Part shown: piece after piece, positions 26,291 through 38,895 of the stretch
Numbering within the stretch: the stretch's first letter is position 1
Layout of the letters: the number at the start of each line of letters is the position of its first letter
Assembly: GCF_009914755.1 (NCBI RefSeq)
Contig: NC_060933.1
From: the human T2T-CHM13v2.0 reference genome, Homo sapiens
Strand: one strand, 5' to 3'
DNA length: 64,000 bases
Position numbers and translations under genes: made by a program
The notes under the pieces: model-generated
Seen by the model: only the letters and a program-made list of their open reading frames with translations
What the model was told of the DNA's origin: nothing
Databases searched by the model: none

Positions 26291-28069
26291 ATAAACCTGT
26301 CACCCTTGGATCCTACAGTGATTCTGATAGACAGGACCCAAAAGTTTTCAAATCATGTCCATGGAAATGTATTACTTAACAGAGATTTAGGGACTATGCA
26401 AATTTTATATTTTAATTTTTCTTAAAAGTTTTATTTTTTAAATTGTTAAAAATATAAAAACAAGAATAAACACTCAGATATCACATGCCAGAATTTAGGA
26501 TACTGAAGAAAGTATCAGTTGCCAGATAAACTTATTTTATGCAGGCTTCAGGGAAAAAAAAAATCTCCTCTCATCTTTGTTTCATCTAAAAAGATACTGA
26601 GGATGAGTCAAGATGCCAACAACCTCATGCTATTTGCAACTACATATTTTGGGAATCAGGATTTTCTCAACTTTATACAACTAAAACAAAATATTGTAGT
26701 AAATAGAATACTAGGGTAACACGGGTTCTACAACTATCACCCTTAATTCTGGATTTTGAAATGTATGCATTCATCAAGTAAACTTATTGTTATCTCTGAT
26801 GAACTGTAAGTGTTATATATTTGACCTTATATGAAGCATTCTGAGTGTTTAAAAACACTGTAACTTGTTTTATAGATGACACTGCTGCTTAATCTTTGTA
26901 TTCCCAGCACCCATTGACAAATAGCCTGGGCTTCATGAACGCTGCCTGAACAAAAATGGTAGTAAGACAGAGTATGGAGTGAAGAATGGGTCAGAGATAG
27001 TATTCAAAATATTCAGAATGAGGTTGTTGAAAGATACAAGGAGAGACAGAAGACATGTCCTTTTCCTCTCATCTGCTTACCTGAAAAATAAGGAGGGCTT
27101 GCTCACAGGTAGGAATGCTCTCTGTACTCCTTCCCTGCAACATCATGCCTGGGGTCTTCCACCAAGAGGAAGTGCTGTAAGTAGTGCTACCTAATGAACT
27201 GATTGTTGCCAGAGGTAAGAGGAATGGAAGGAAAAGGCTAAGAGCCTTGAATGTGGATGTAAATAATTTACCAAAGCGAGGAGGGGCAGGAGTCACTAAA
27301 GATGTGTTAAAATGCAACAGTCCCTTCATGAAATATTCACCACTTTAAACACGTCTAATATTAAAGATTAAAAGTCCTGGGATTTGTCCTCCAGACTCCC
27401 AGGACTGATTTATGATCTGCCACAAGCCACAGGCCTCATGATTCATAATGGGAGAGGTAAAATGGTTACCTCTGGCAAAGGAGCAGGAAGTCAGGCTGGG
27501 GTGGATGAGGAGGGGCCAACAAGGAGGATCCCTCTTGTTTATGGAAAGGGCAAAGGCTGAGGTCCCTATCTCTCCTGCAGTGACTCTGCAGGAAATACCA
27601 CAGTTCACTTCTTTCCTCTTTCTCTCATTTTTGGAAATATTGGTGACATTGAGAAATTTATTCAGAAAAAGGGTGCTGCTATGTTTTTCTCTCCTCCTTG
27701 TGCACTTACGAGGCAAGTTTTCCCTGACTCAGAATGGATCATTAATTACTGATGCTCATTATACAACAAATATATATTTTGCAATTAAGAGGCATTCACC
27801 CTGGAGACCCCCATGAGGCTTCCTGGAGAACGGAAAGTAGGCAGAGGGAAAAGCCCCTGAGTGCTAGCAGCAGATGGACCCGGTCCCATCCTCTTGTTCT
27901 CTCCCTAGTTGTGTGGCCTTAGGGAAGTCGCCTTTTTGGTTTCAGCTTTCATTTACAGAATAGGGATGATAGCAATGTCCATCTCCTAGAGCTGATGTAA
28001 GAAGTAATTGAAATAGTGAAGAATGAAGCTAGTGGTTGAGGTGACAATTAGCTGATGGTCATACTACCC

Positions 28070-28166
28070 AGAAACTATGCACACTACATGGGTGCAATAT
28101 ATCCATGTAACAAACCTGCAAATGTACCCCCTATATAAATAAAAGTTGAATTAAAAAAAAAAAAGA
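28070..28166 (+). mobile_element. Heavily 5'-truncated L1 (L1PB/L1MA) 3' terminus with poly-A
   Basis: 'catgtaacaaacctgcaaatgtacccc...aataaaagttgaattaaaaaaaaaaaa'. Confidence 0.8.
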
Positions 28167-30336
28167 AAAGTGTTTCCTTCCCTTTAATTCCAAGCTGGCC
28201 ACTGGGTTCTGGTATATGTTTACATTTAGACAAAACTATCACCCCTAACTCCTTACATATTAGACATGTAGAGACACAAATTACCTCCTTTTGGGGCCTT
28301 AGTTTCTCCTTCTGTAAAATGGAAGGTTGGAGTAGATCACTCATCACTTCTGAGCACCAAGACTCTGCTGTTTGCATTGCCTTTCCAAATCCCTAACCTC
28401 TGCTTTCTGGATAGTGTTTGTTTTAGTTTCAGCTGCAATCATTCTTAGCAGCAGCCCGGGTGTCTCTAGCAAGATCTCCATCAATGCCATAGGTATTGGC
28501 TTTATTGACTCCTGTTTCCTATTTTGCTGGCTCAGCTAAATCTCCACTATTTGCAACCAGGCATTTCCTTCTTGACAGATGAAAAGCCTCTGACAGCCAG
28601 AGCTGAGGGTAATTAACCTCTTCCCTGGGTGACTCCTTTCTTCAACTCTGCTTCTGCACACCCAGAGCAGCAAGGCCATCAAATGACAGCTCTCTAGGGA
28701 TGCATGTAACCATGCTGACTGTGAACTCCTGTATAGGGATAGGGAACTCCCTATCCCTATAACTCTAGTACCTTCCTTGCTCACCACTGCATCTCAGCAC
28801 CTCCTGCATTGCCTGGTACAGAGTAGGGATTCAGTAAATAAATGCTAAATAGATGAAGGGATATATTTCACAATAGTGATGCCTATGCCAATGGAATAGG
28901 ACAATAATTTTTTACTTGCCTGTTCCCCCACTAAGCTGGGAATTTCTTGATTGCAAAAACATTTTCTTAATCATCCTGTATTCTAATAATTAGTATAATG
29001 CCTGATAAAGGATAGGCAACTCATTTATTGAATGAATGAATGAATGAGTGAATTCATACATATATCATGATTACCATGAATTTAGGCTGAGTTCATTTAG
29101 AATAATGATGACTCTGCTGAGGACTGGAAGAAACTTTCTACATCCAAGATAGGTATTTGCCAAGGAAACAAAGAGTGCAAACACAAGTGCTGATGAAATG
29201 TCAAAAATAGAATTCTATTTTACATCAGAGCAGAAAAGACCCTTAAAGATCAGCTAGTTCAAACTTTCCCAGTTTCATTATTCAGAAGAGGAAACTCAAG
29301 CTAAGAGAGTAAAGGAGTTTGTCCAAATCACTGGCCTAGCCTCTGGGCCAGCCAGGATGGAAACCCAGGGCTCTTGGCCACCACTTCAGTGTCCTTTTGC
29401 TGCATTGGTGGTATCAATAGTTCAATGCATCCTGAAGTCTTTTGCATCAATTTTTCTGCACATTTTTGACATTACCAAGTTTTCTAAAAATGAGAGCATT
29501 GACAAACAGGTATTATTTAAACAGTAAAATGAATTTGAAATACCCTTAAGTACATTAAAAACATACATGTATATGTTGTTAGTAATGGAGACCTAAAAAA
29601 AAGAATTTACTCTCTTCACTATATTGGTTCTCATAAGGGAATTCAATTGGATGGTTTTCTATCTGGCTATTTACCAGAACTGTGTTATCAGCAGTAGATG
29701 AGTTGTGTTGGTTTTAAAAGATTTACTCTTCATGTCTCCTGGCTGCCATTTGTTGAGGTCTTTTTCTATGTTATATGCATTCTCAGTCCAGAAACTCTTG
29801 GGTAAAAACAACAAAACACCTTGATCATGAACAATCTGTGTTCATCTCCTGTGAGGCTCTTCCAAACAGGACAATGCTTTCTTGCCAACCACATAAGGCC
29901 AGTAGGCTGGTGAAATAGTTCAGAGTGTGGGTGGGCCTTGAAATCATCATGTACTGCATTCAAATCCTGGATCTGCCTGCCACTTCAAATTTGCAAGAAC
30001 CTGATAAATTGATTCTTCTCTCCCTGAGCCTGTTTCCTTTACCTATAATGGAGCTGACACCATATGCCTGTGGGAAGGATCAAGTGCTGTACTTGAAAAA
30101 TCCTCAGCACAGTCTTTGGCACATTTCTTCTTGCTGAGAACACAAAACAGCTGTTTGGGTTCATATAATTATTGTTCTTGGGTAGGAAAGGCCCATCCAG
30201 TATGTTGTTTTAGCAGAAAGGAAAGGTGCTTAGAATGAAAGATGGTCAAAAATCCAAGATGTGCCCTTTGCAAAACCCAAAAGACCACAGTTTCTTTATC
30301 TGTAATTTGGGATTTTTTTTTTTAAATTATCATTAT

Positions 30337-30545
30337 TATTTTTTTAGAGACAGGGTGTTGCTCTGTTGCCCAAGCTGGAGTTCAGTGGTGCAATCATGGC
30401 TCACCGCAGCCTTGAGCTTTTGGGCTCAAGAGATCCTCTTGCCCCAGCCTCCCAAGTAGCTAGGACTATAGGCACGTGCCATCATTCCCAGCTAATTTTT
30501 AATTTTTTTTGGTGAAATGAGACCTAACTATGTTGCAGAGGCTGA
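30337..30545 (-). mobile_element. AluJ, partial
   Basis: 'gcaatcatggctcaccgcagccttgagcttttgggctcaagagatcctc'. Confidence 0.9.
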
Positions 30546-31371
30546 GATCTTGTTCAAATTCCAGCAGTTTGAATGAGATAATCCCCGAAGCTGTTCCTGT
30601 GTTTCCAGAGCTACGAAGACATGTTGCCTGTGTCCATGGCAGCCCCTGCTGAAGGAGGTATGGGCACGGACAAGGCATAAGCCAGAGGCCGCTGCCTCCT
30701 CCACCCCAGCAGCACAGAGGAGCTCATGGCTTGCCCATGAGAGTGCAAAGCCTCCTTCATAAGCCATTCTGGCTGTCTGACTCCCCTCCCCAAACCCTGT
30801 CATTCTATGATTCCATTTTCACTTGCTTCTAACTCAGTCATCACTTATCATCACCGGCCAGGGATGCTGCCTGCTGTTCACTTTCTTATTTGCTCTTCTT
30901 GTCACTGTGGTTTGAAAAGACATCTCTCTGGGCCCTCAGAGCAATAAACATGGATCCCTTCCCCATGTTGACTCCAAGTGAGCCACCTTGGGACTCTTCA
31001 CCTCTGTAGCTCTGTAACTCAACTCAGGGCCAGGCACGTAGTGGGAAAAGTATGGGTTGGGCATAACATTATGAGGGCCTGCTTTGTGCTAAAAGTGGTA
31101 TGTGACATTTGACATGTGTCATTGCATGTCACAGCCATGACTAGTACAAGGAGGAAGGTACTGATGCCCTCCTTGTAAAATAAGGAAACTGAAGCTAACA
31201 CTCGACTAGTCAGTTGCCCTAGGTCATAGGGCCAGGTCTCCAAAGCTCATGCTTGCTTACACCACCACAAACATCACAACAATAAACATAACCACAAGGA
31301 CAATAACAAGGACAGCTGCCTTTGACAATGATCATGTGTGAGACACTGAGGGTCATTTCTCTGTAGTACTT

Positions 31372-31780
31372 AATTATGCATTCGCTTCTTTGCAGTGGTT
31401 AATTGTGGGAAGAGTAAATTTTCTTTCCTTCCCTTTGTCTTCAGGCTTGGCATATGACTTGCTTTGATCAATGGGATGATGAGAGCCAGGACTTAAATAA
31501 TCAAAGTTGGAAATATATTTATGTGGATAGGCTTTCCCTCTTGTACTCCTGCCTCTTGCCATTAGAAAAAACATCTACAGGCTGTGGCTGGTCCATGAAG
31601 GATGAGAGATGTGTGGAATAGATCTGGATTCATCCTCAGCTTAGAGCCAAGGGCAGCTGAGTCCTGGCTAGATCAGTCCACCCAGATGTGTGACAAAGGA
31701 GAAAAAGATGCTTACTTATAGTTGTGGACAATAAAATGTGATTGATATGCAGCGTTATTTTGGCAAAAGTTTCTGATGTA
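31372..31780. mobile_element. Old MLT1 (MaLR) LTR
   Basis: 'catatgacttgctttgatcaatgggatg', 'gcctcttgccattagaaaaa', 'gcagcgttattttggcaa'. Confidence 0.6.
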
Positions 31781-34700
31781 CTTTAAACCTAGATGTCTAC
31801 ATCTCTATAAGTAATGGTACCAGTTTCTTTCCTAATTGGAAACTTCAGAAAAACTTCTAATGGGGCCCTATTTTGTACTCTCAACATCTGAGTGATATCT
31901 GAATCCCACTGATTCTACCGCTTTGGTTTTATCCAGACCCATTTATTCCCATCTCTCTTCTCTGCCACTGGCCTGGTTCAGGCCCTCAGCATTGTCCATG
32001 TGCTATGAACCTATTTTCTGTGTCCCTACATCTGATCTGACTGTTGGCCAGTTATCTTTTCAAAGAACAGCTGCACCCATGGCCCTCCCCAAAAACTCTC
32101 AGTGGTTTTCAGTTGCCTTCAGGGTAGAAGTCACATATCCCAGTCAAAGCCTTTCATTACTGGCCCAGCCAATTTTTCCAACCTTATCAATAACTCTGCC
32201 TCCCTGTGAATTTTATGCTCCAATTTTTTCTGAGTCTATTGGTAAGAGCAGGGTCACTTGAGACCAACGTTCAGACCCTTTGAAGCTTCTTTCAGCAGGT
32301 CTGCCTTGGTTCTACCCAGGGGTCCCACTCAGAGATCCCACTCAAGCAAAGCCTGAGCCCTGGAGAGAGACAAAGTCAATGAAGGAGAGACTAAAGTAAG
32401 AGGGAGAGGAGAAAAGGGAAAATTAAGTGGCAAACAATTATTTTGTAAAAGAATGAGATAATTTGGGCACTGTTGAGTATAAGTAATGTCATCAGGGGAT
32501 ACATTTTACAGCCCTGAATCCTCTGCAAATCATTCTACCTTTCTGGACCTCAGCCTTCCCATCTGTAAAATGAGTGGGTAGTACTTGGATCTCCCACTTT
32601 TCCAAATCTTGTTAAAATTCCAGCCCTTGATTCTTCCTCTAATATATTCTGGTCTGGTTTCTTGAAATCAGCATCTCTCTTGTAATTCAGGAAGCAGGAT
32701 AAGTTTGGGGGCTTGGGGGAACAGAGGGTTGGTAGGCAAAGAAACATGATTTGCGTGAAATAACAAGAGGATATAATTAGAAGCTTTATGAAATGAGGAA
32801 GATTCTTTATAAGTCTACTCAGCCAAATGTATTGTGTGACCTGAGGTAGTTCCCTCCCTCTCTGGGGCTCAGTTTCTCTATCTGTACAGTGAGGAGGCTG
32901 GTCTTGACATCTGAGCAACTTCACATGGGTGTCTCTGATATCCCTTTCTTCCTTATACTGCTGGTGTGAGACTTTCCAACCTTGTTCTTCCCAAAGCACT
33001 GAGACAAATGTGGACTCCGCATTGTAGCTGCCGGCCCCTTATTGTTATTCATCAGCACGCCTCTGAGAGCACAAAGTAAAAATAATCAGAGGCTGAAAGG
33101 TTCTGGTGGCACAGGCTGGTGATCAGGTCTGATAAGAGATTAGATTCCTTAATCAACGCTACATGGGGGCTAATTATTGTTGGCTCAGCTCATGTGGACA
33201 GTCCATACGGGGTGGTCAGGCTGCTGAGAGGCTGCCAGCCAGGCCCCATCAGGGCCCCTGCTCCAGGTTCTCAGCCAGGGTAACCCTTTCCACTGGCCCT
33301 ATTCCCTTTCTTTCTAGCCTCTTCCACCTCTGAGTGCACCACAGACATGATTATATATTATTAGTGTCTAGGAGAAAAGCATGTGGCAAAGAGCTTCCCG
33401 CAAAATCATGGCTGATTAAGTATGGAGTGGGGTGAAGAAATCTCACTAACAGCCTGGAATGGACACAGAGCATGTATTTCCAACAATCCAGAAGGATCTG
33501 GCTTCAGCTGATGAACACAGGACGCTTAACATGGATGCACAGAGCTGAGCCTGCCGGTGAGAGGCTGGCTTCTCCTCACCCTCACTGCACGCCAGAGCCC
33601 TGCAACCTCTAAGCTTCTCAGATGCACCAGGAAGGCATGGAGAGCAGAGGGACACAGCCTGGTAAGGGGAAAGGTGTCAGCCTGGCAACCAAGGCCATTG
33701 GAGGCTGAATCCTCTGTGGCCTGCATCAATCACTGCACCTCTGGGCCTCATCAGAAAACGGGCATCTTAAACCCAATTTTTAAAATTGTCACAAGGATTG
33801 CAGACAATATATTAAAAACAGTTACTGCATCGCCAGACGTGTAGGCAGCACTTGGTATGTTGCAGTGTCGTTATCGTGATTGCTGCCAGCACTGCTGTCC
33901 TTGCTGTGCTGTTGTCCAGGCTGCCCCCCCCCACCCCCCTGCAGTCACGTTTCCTCCTTGATTTGGTGTCCTTGCCCCTCTGGGCTGCAGCTGCCCTTCC
34001 AGGCTTCCTGCTGTGTTAGTTCCTCCTTTTCTCCTCCCGACCGGATTCATCTCTGGTCCAGATCTTACTGCTGCAGACCAGCTACCCTTCTCTGGATAAT
34101 TCCTCTATACCTGGCACAGGGGAGATGGAGGCAGAGAGATGAATCCATCCTATTTTTTCTACCTTCAAGCAGCTGGCATTAGCGTAGGAAGACTTGGAGG
34201 AAAATACATCACTGCACAAGGTGTGATTCAGGCTAGAAGAGGAGTGTGCAGGAGGTATAGGAGCCTGAAAGAGGATTGCTGAGCTCTGCCCAGGATGGGG
34301 GCTCACCAGTGAAAAGGGAGGGTAACAATAAGAGAAAACCCAGAGGGATAACTACCTGCCAGGCAGTGTGGGAAGTTCTTTGTTTAGATTAACTCACATG
34401 ATCCTTCCAACAAACCAAGGTGGGCTCTATTACTAACCCCATCTTGCAGACGAGCAGACAGAGGCCCAGAGGGGTAGTACCCTGCTTGCTGAAGGTCACA
34501 AAGTCAAGTGTGCCAGAGCCAGAACTGGAATCCATCCAGCAACTGTGCTGCTTCAGAGATGGTTCTGCTGTCCCCAGGCTGCACTGACTCCCTTTCCAGG
34601 AGAATTAAGTGTTTTACAGAGAGAACAACAGGGATGAAAGCAGGCCACAGTGTGCTTGGAAAATGGTGGGCCCTTTTGCTTTGCTGGATCAGTGGGGAAT

Positions 34701-34808
34701 ACTGCAGGCACAGCCAGAAGGCTTAATGTGCACTGAGGAATCCTGCTCTGGTTCTGCAGGTATGAAGAAGCAGTCCCTGGAAACTGCCACAACCCCTCTG
34801 CAAAAATA

Positions 34809-35886
34809 CAGTTGTGCCCCCTTATCTACAAGATGAGTTCCAACCCACCCAGTGGATGCCTGACACTGTGGATAGTACTGAACCCTACTGATGTGGTTTG
34901 GCTCTGTGTCCTCAACCAAATCTCATATTGAGTTGTAATCCCCAGTGCTGGGGGAAGGATCCAGAGGGAGGTGATTGGATTATGGAGACAGACTTCCCCC
35001 TTGCTGTTCTCATGATAGTGAGTAAGTTCTTATGAGATCTGGTTGTTTAAAAGCGTGTAGCCTTAAACAAGGATAAATGGGGACTAATTGGTGTTGGCTC
35101 AGCTCATGTGGGCAACCCATGTGGGGTGGCCAGGCTGCTGAGAGGCTGCCAGCCAGGTCCCATGAGGGCCCCTGCTCCAGACTCTCAGCCAGGGCAACCC
35201 TTTCCACTGGCCCCCTTCACTCTCTCTCTCTCCTGATCTGCCATGTGAAGATTGTGCTTGTTTTCCCTTCACCTTCTGCCATAACTGTAAGTTTCCTGAG
35301 GTCTGCCAGCCATGCTTCCTGTACAGCCTGTGGAACTGTGAGTCAATTAAAGCTCTTTTCTTCATAAATTACCCAGTCTCAGGTAGTTCTTTATAGCAGT
35401 GTGAGAACAGATTAATGAACCCATATTTACTATGTTTTTTCCTATATGTACATACCCATGATAACATTTAATTTATAAATTAGGCACAGCAAGAGATTAA
35501 GAACAATAAATAAAAATAAAATAGAACAAGCATAACAATACGCTGGTATCACTACTCTTGCACTTGGGGCCATAATTAAGTAAAATAACGATTATCCAAA
35601 CACAAGCACTGTGACACCTTGACAGATCTGATAACTGAGATGGCTACTAAGTGATGACCAGCAATTAGCATATACAGCGTGGATACTATGGACAAGGGAA
35701 TGATTCATATCCTGGTGGGATGGAGCAAAATTGTGTGAGATTTCATCACACTACTCAGAATGCAGCCCAATTTAAAAGTTATAAATTGTTTACTTCTGGT
35801 ATTTTCCATTTAATATTTTCAGACCGCAGTTGACTGTGGGTAACGGATACTGTAGAAAGGAAACTGTGGTTGAGGGGGAACTACTA
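34809..35886 (-). mobile_element. MER44 (TcMar-Tigger7 derivative) split by an MSTA LTR
   Basis: Termini 'cagttgtgccccttatc' and 'ggttgagggggaactacta'; internal 'gagatttcatcacactactcagaa', 'ttttccatttaatattttcagaccgcagttgac'. Confidence 0.85.
34889..35418 (+). mobile_element. MSTA/MSTB (MaLR) solo LTR carrying a 153-bp non-LTR insert at 35061-35213
   Basis: 'tgatgtggtttggctctgtgtc...aaatctcat' and 'gccatgtgaag...aactgtgagtcaattaaa...aaattacccagtctcaggtagttctttatagcagtgtgagaac'. Confidence 0.92.
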
Positions 35887-37105
35887 TAGCCATTCTCAAA
35901 TGCTGAATTCAGTTGTTAGGGTGGTGAGAGACAAATTTAAAAGTAGAGAAGACAGGCAATGGAGTCAGAATGGAATTAGAGATATGCATTTGCCAATCAA
36001 TAGCTCAGTGACTTTGTAAAACTTCCTGTCTCCACCCAAGACTCAGCTTCCTTATTTCTAAGTTAATCATGCCCACTCTTCTCATTGAGCAACATGAAAA
36101 ATGGGCTCCATAAGTATCACCTGCTATTGCTATGACTATTATTAGGGAGCTGGTGGCTTTCCTGACCATGGCTCTTATTCCAGACCTCTTGGTTATCACT
36201 TAGAAAAAGGAAAATACCAAGAGATGCTCATGAAGTTTGTTAATCATGACCACTTTTGATCCACCTTTTTGCCTTCAATCCACTTAACCACCCTGTGAAG
36301 CGGGTGCTCATGTCCTGATTTTATACAGGAGGAAACTGAAGCCGCAAAGTGTTAAATGACTTGACCTCAGTTCATATAGCAAGAAAGCAACAGGGTCAAG
36401 ATTGGAACCCTGACCTGCTTGACTCTGAAGTCAGAGCCCCTCACCTCAACTGTACCATATAAAATGAATGAACTCAGCACAACCCGGTGTCTCATCAAAA
36501 TGCCCTTTGTGACCCTACTTGGCCATCTACCATACTTCTATAGGAGCTTAAAGGAATGTAGATGAGATCTTGCTATGTGGTTGTCCACTTCATGGGATCC
36601 TGGAGCTCTCTTTTCCTGCAAATTGCTGGGTGGCCTTACTCAAGTCATCTCATCTCTCTGAGTTTCATCATTTTGACCTGAAAGATGGGGAACACAACTC
36701 TGTTCTCCCTTATTCATGAGAATGCCATGAGGATAAAATATATGCTTAAACCATTCAGAACACATGATGATTAATAATTCAATTCCCCACCTGAACAAAA
36801 CCTGAAACAGCAAAGTGAAATACACAAAATAAATTAAGCCAAGAGTAATTATTCATTTTGCAAAAGGGTTCTTCACTCCACAGAAGAGACTCATTGACAT
36901 TTTTTTTTCCAAGCAGCAGCTATCTTTGGGAATTTAAAATTAAATTCCATTTATACAATTATAGCAAAAATACTAATGATTTTCCAGAGTGCACTTTGAG
37001 TGCAATGGGCCATACCTGTGTGTCCTGCCCATGGCATCAGACAAGGCAGTCTAGAGATCCAGAAGGGGTCAGAGAGGAGAGGGACCTTTGCTTTTCTCTA
37101 GTTAG

Positions 37106-37798
<693 letters not shown>

Positions 37799-38026
37799 TA
37801 GAATGCTCTGCAGTAAAAATAACTTGAGTTTAGAGTCAGAGAGGTCCAAGTAAAATCCCCAAATCCACTTTAATTTCCTTATCCACAAATATAAAAAAGT
37901 ATGGTCTGCCTTCTTTAAGGTTCAATATGAAGATGAAATAAGACATGGCACATAAAGGTGCCACCAAAAAAGAGTACAGTCATTTCCTGTTAAATCAATT
38001 TCCCCCTTCCTTTCTTCTTAAAAGTT

Positions 38027-38302
38027 CTTTTGTTTGTTTGTTTGCTTTTAAGACAAAGTCTCGCTCTGTCACCCAGGCTGGAATGCAGTTGCACGATCTC
38101 AGCTCCTGCAACCTCTGCCTCCCGAGTAGCTGGGACTACAGGCATGCACCACCATGCTCGGCTAGTTTTCTATTTTTTAGTAGAAATGAGGTCTCACCAT
38201 GCTGGCCAAGCTGGTCTCTAACTCCTGGCCTCAAGTGATTGATCTGCCTCCTCCAGCCTCCCAAAGTGTTTGGATAACGTGCATAAGCCACCACACCCAG
38301 CC
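38027..38302 (-). mobile_element. Alu (J/S) with an internal deletion in the right arm
   Basis: 'caacctctgcctcccgagtagctggg' skips about 30 nt of the consensus. Confidence 0.9.
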
Positions 38303-38818
38303 TTTCTTAGAGTTCTTTAATTTTCCTTCTTTCTCTTCCCTTGTCTTCCCTTCCATTCACTCCACTGCCTTTGCACCACTCTCAAACAAACAAGCACACT
38401 ACAGCCCCCACTTTCTGGAAATGATTTAATTGCAGAACAGTGCAGGTTCCCATTACCAAGGCTCTCATTCTTTTACAAAACATTTTTACAGTACATTTCC
38501 TGGGATATAATGGAGAATCATTGTGAGTCATTAAAATTAAGCAACGTGTGTCTAAGCAGCCTGCATCAGGCTTCACTACAGAGTCAGGTTTCATTGTTAG
38601 GTTCACTTCTGGCCATTGGAGAGTGTGATGGTCTGTTCAGACCACACTGGGTAAGGTCACCTGAACTTACCTGAGTTGTGTGGGACATTTTGAATTCTGG
38701 ATGCCCTGTCCAAAGGAAGAGTCCTGGTGTTAGCAACGTAAATCCATACTCCAACTGCCCATCACATACTCCCATTTTCTGGTAGAAACTCAAACCATCT
38801 AGTGAAATTTTAATTAAG

Positions 38819-38895
38819 AGACCATTCAACATCGTAGCCAAAAGGCAGGGACATAACAGACCATTCATCACGGTAGCCAAAAGGTGGGGACACAC
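38819..38895. repeat. Two-copy 39-bp tandem duplication
   Basis: agaccattcaacatcgtagccaaaaggcagggaca / agaccattcatcacggtagccaaaaggtggggaca. Confidence 0.85.

Noticed and set aside
30630-30680. Possible REST site (cacggacaaggc; tgctgaa)
   Set aside because: Only isolated, imperfect half-sites without correct spacing.
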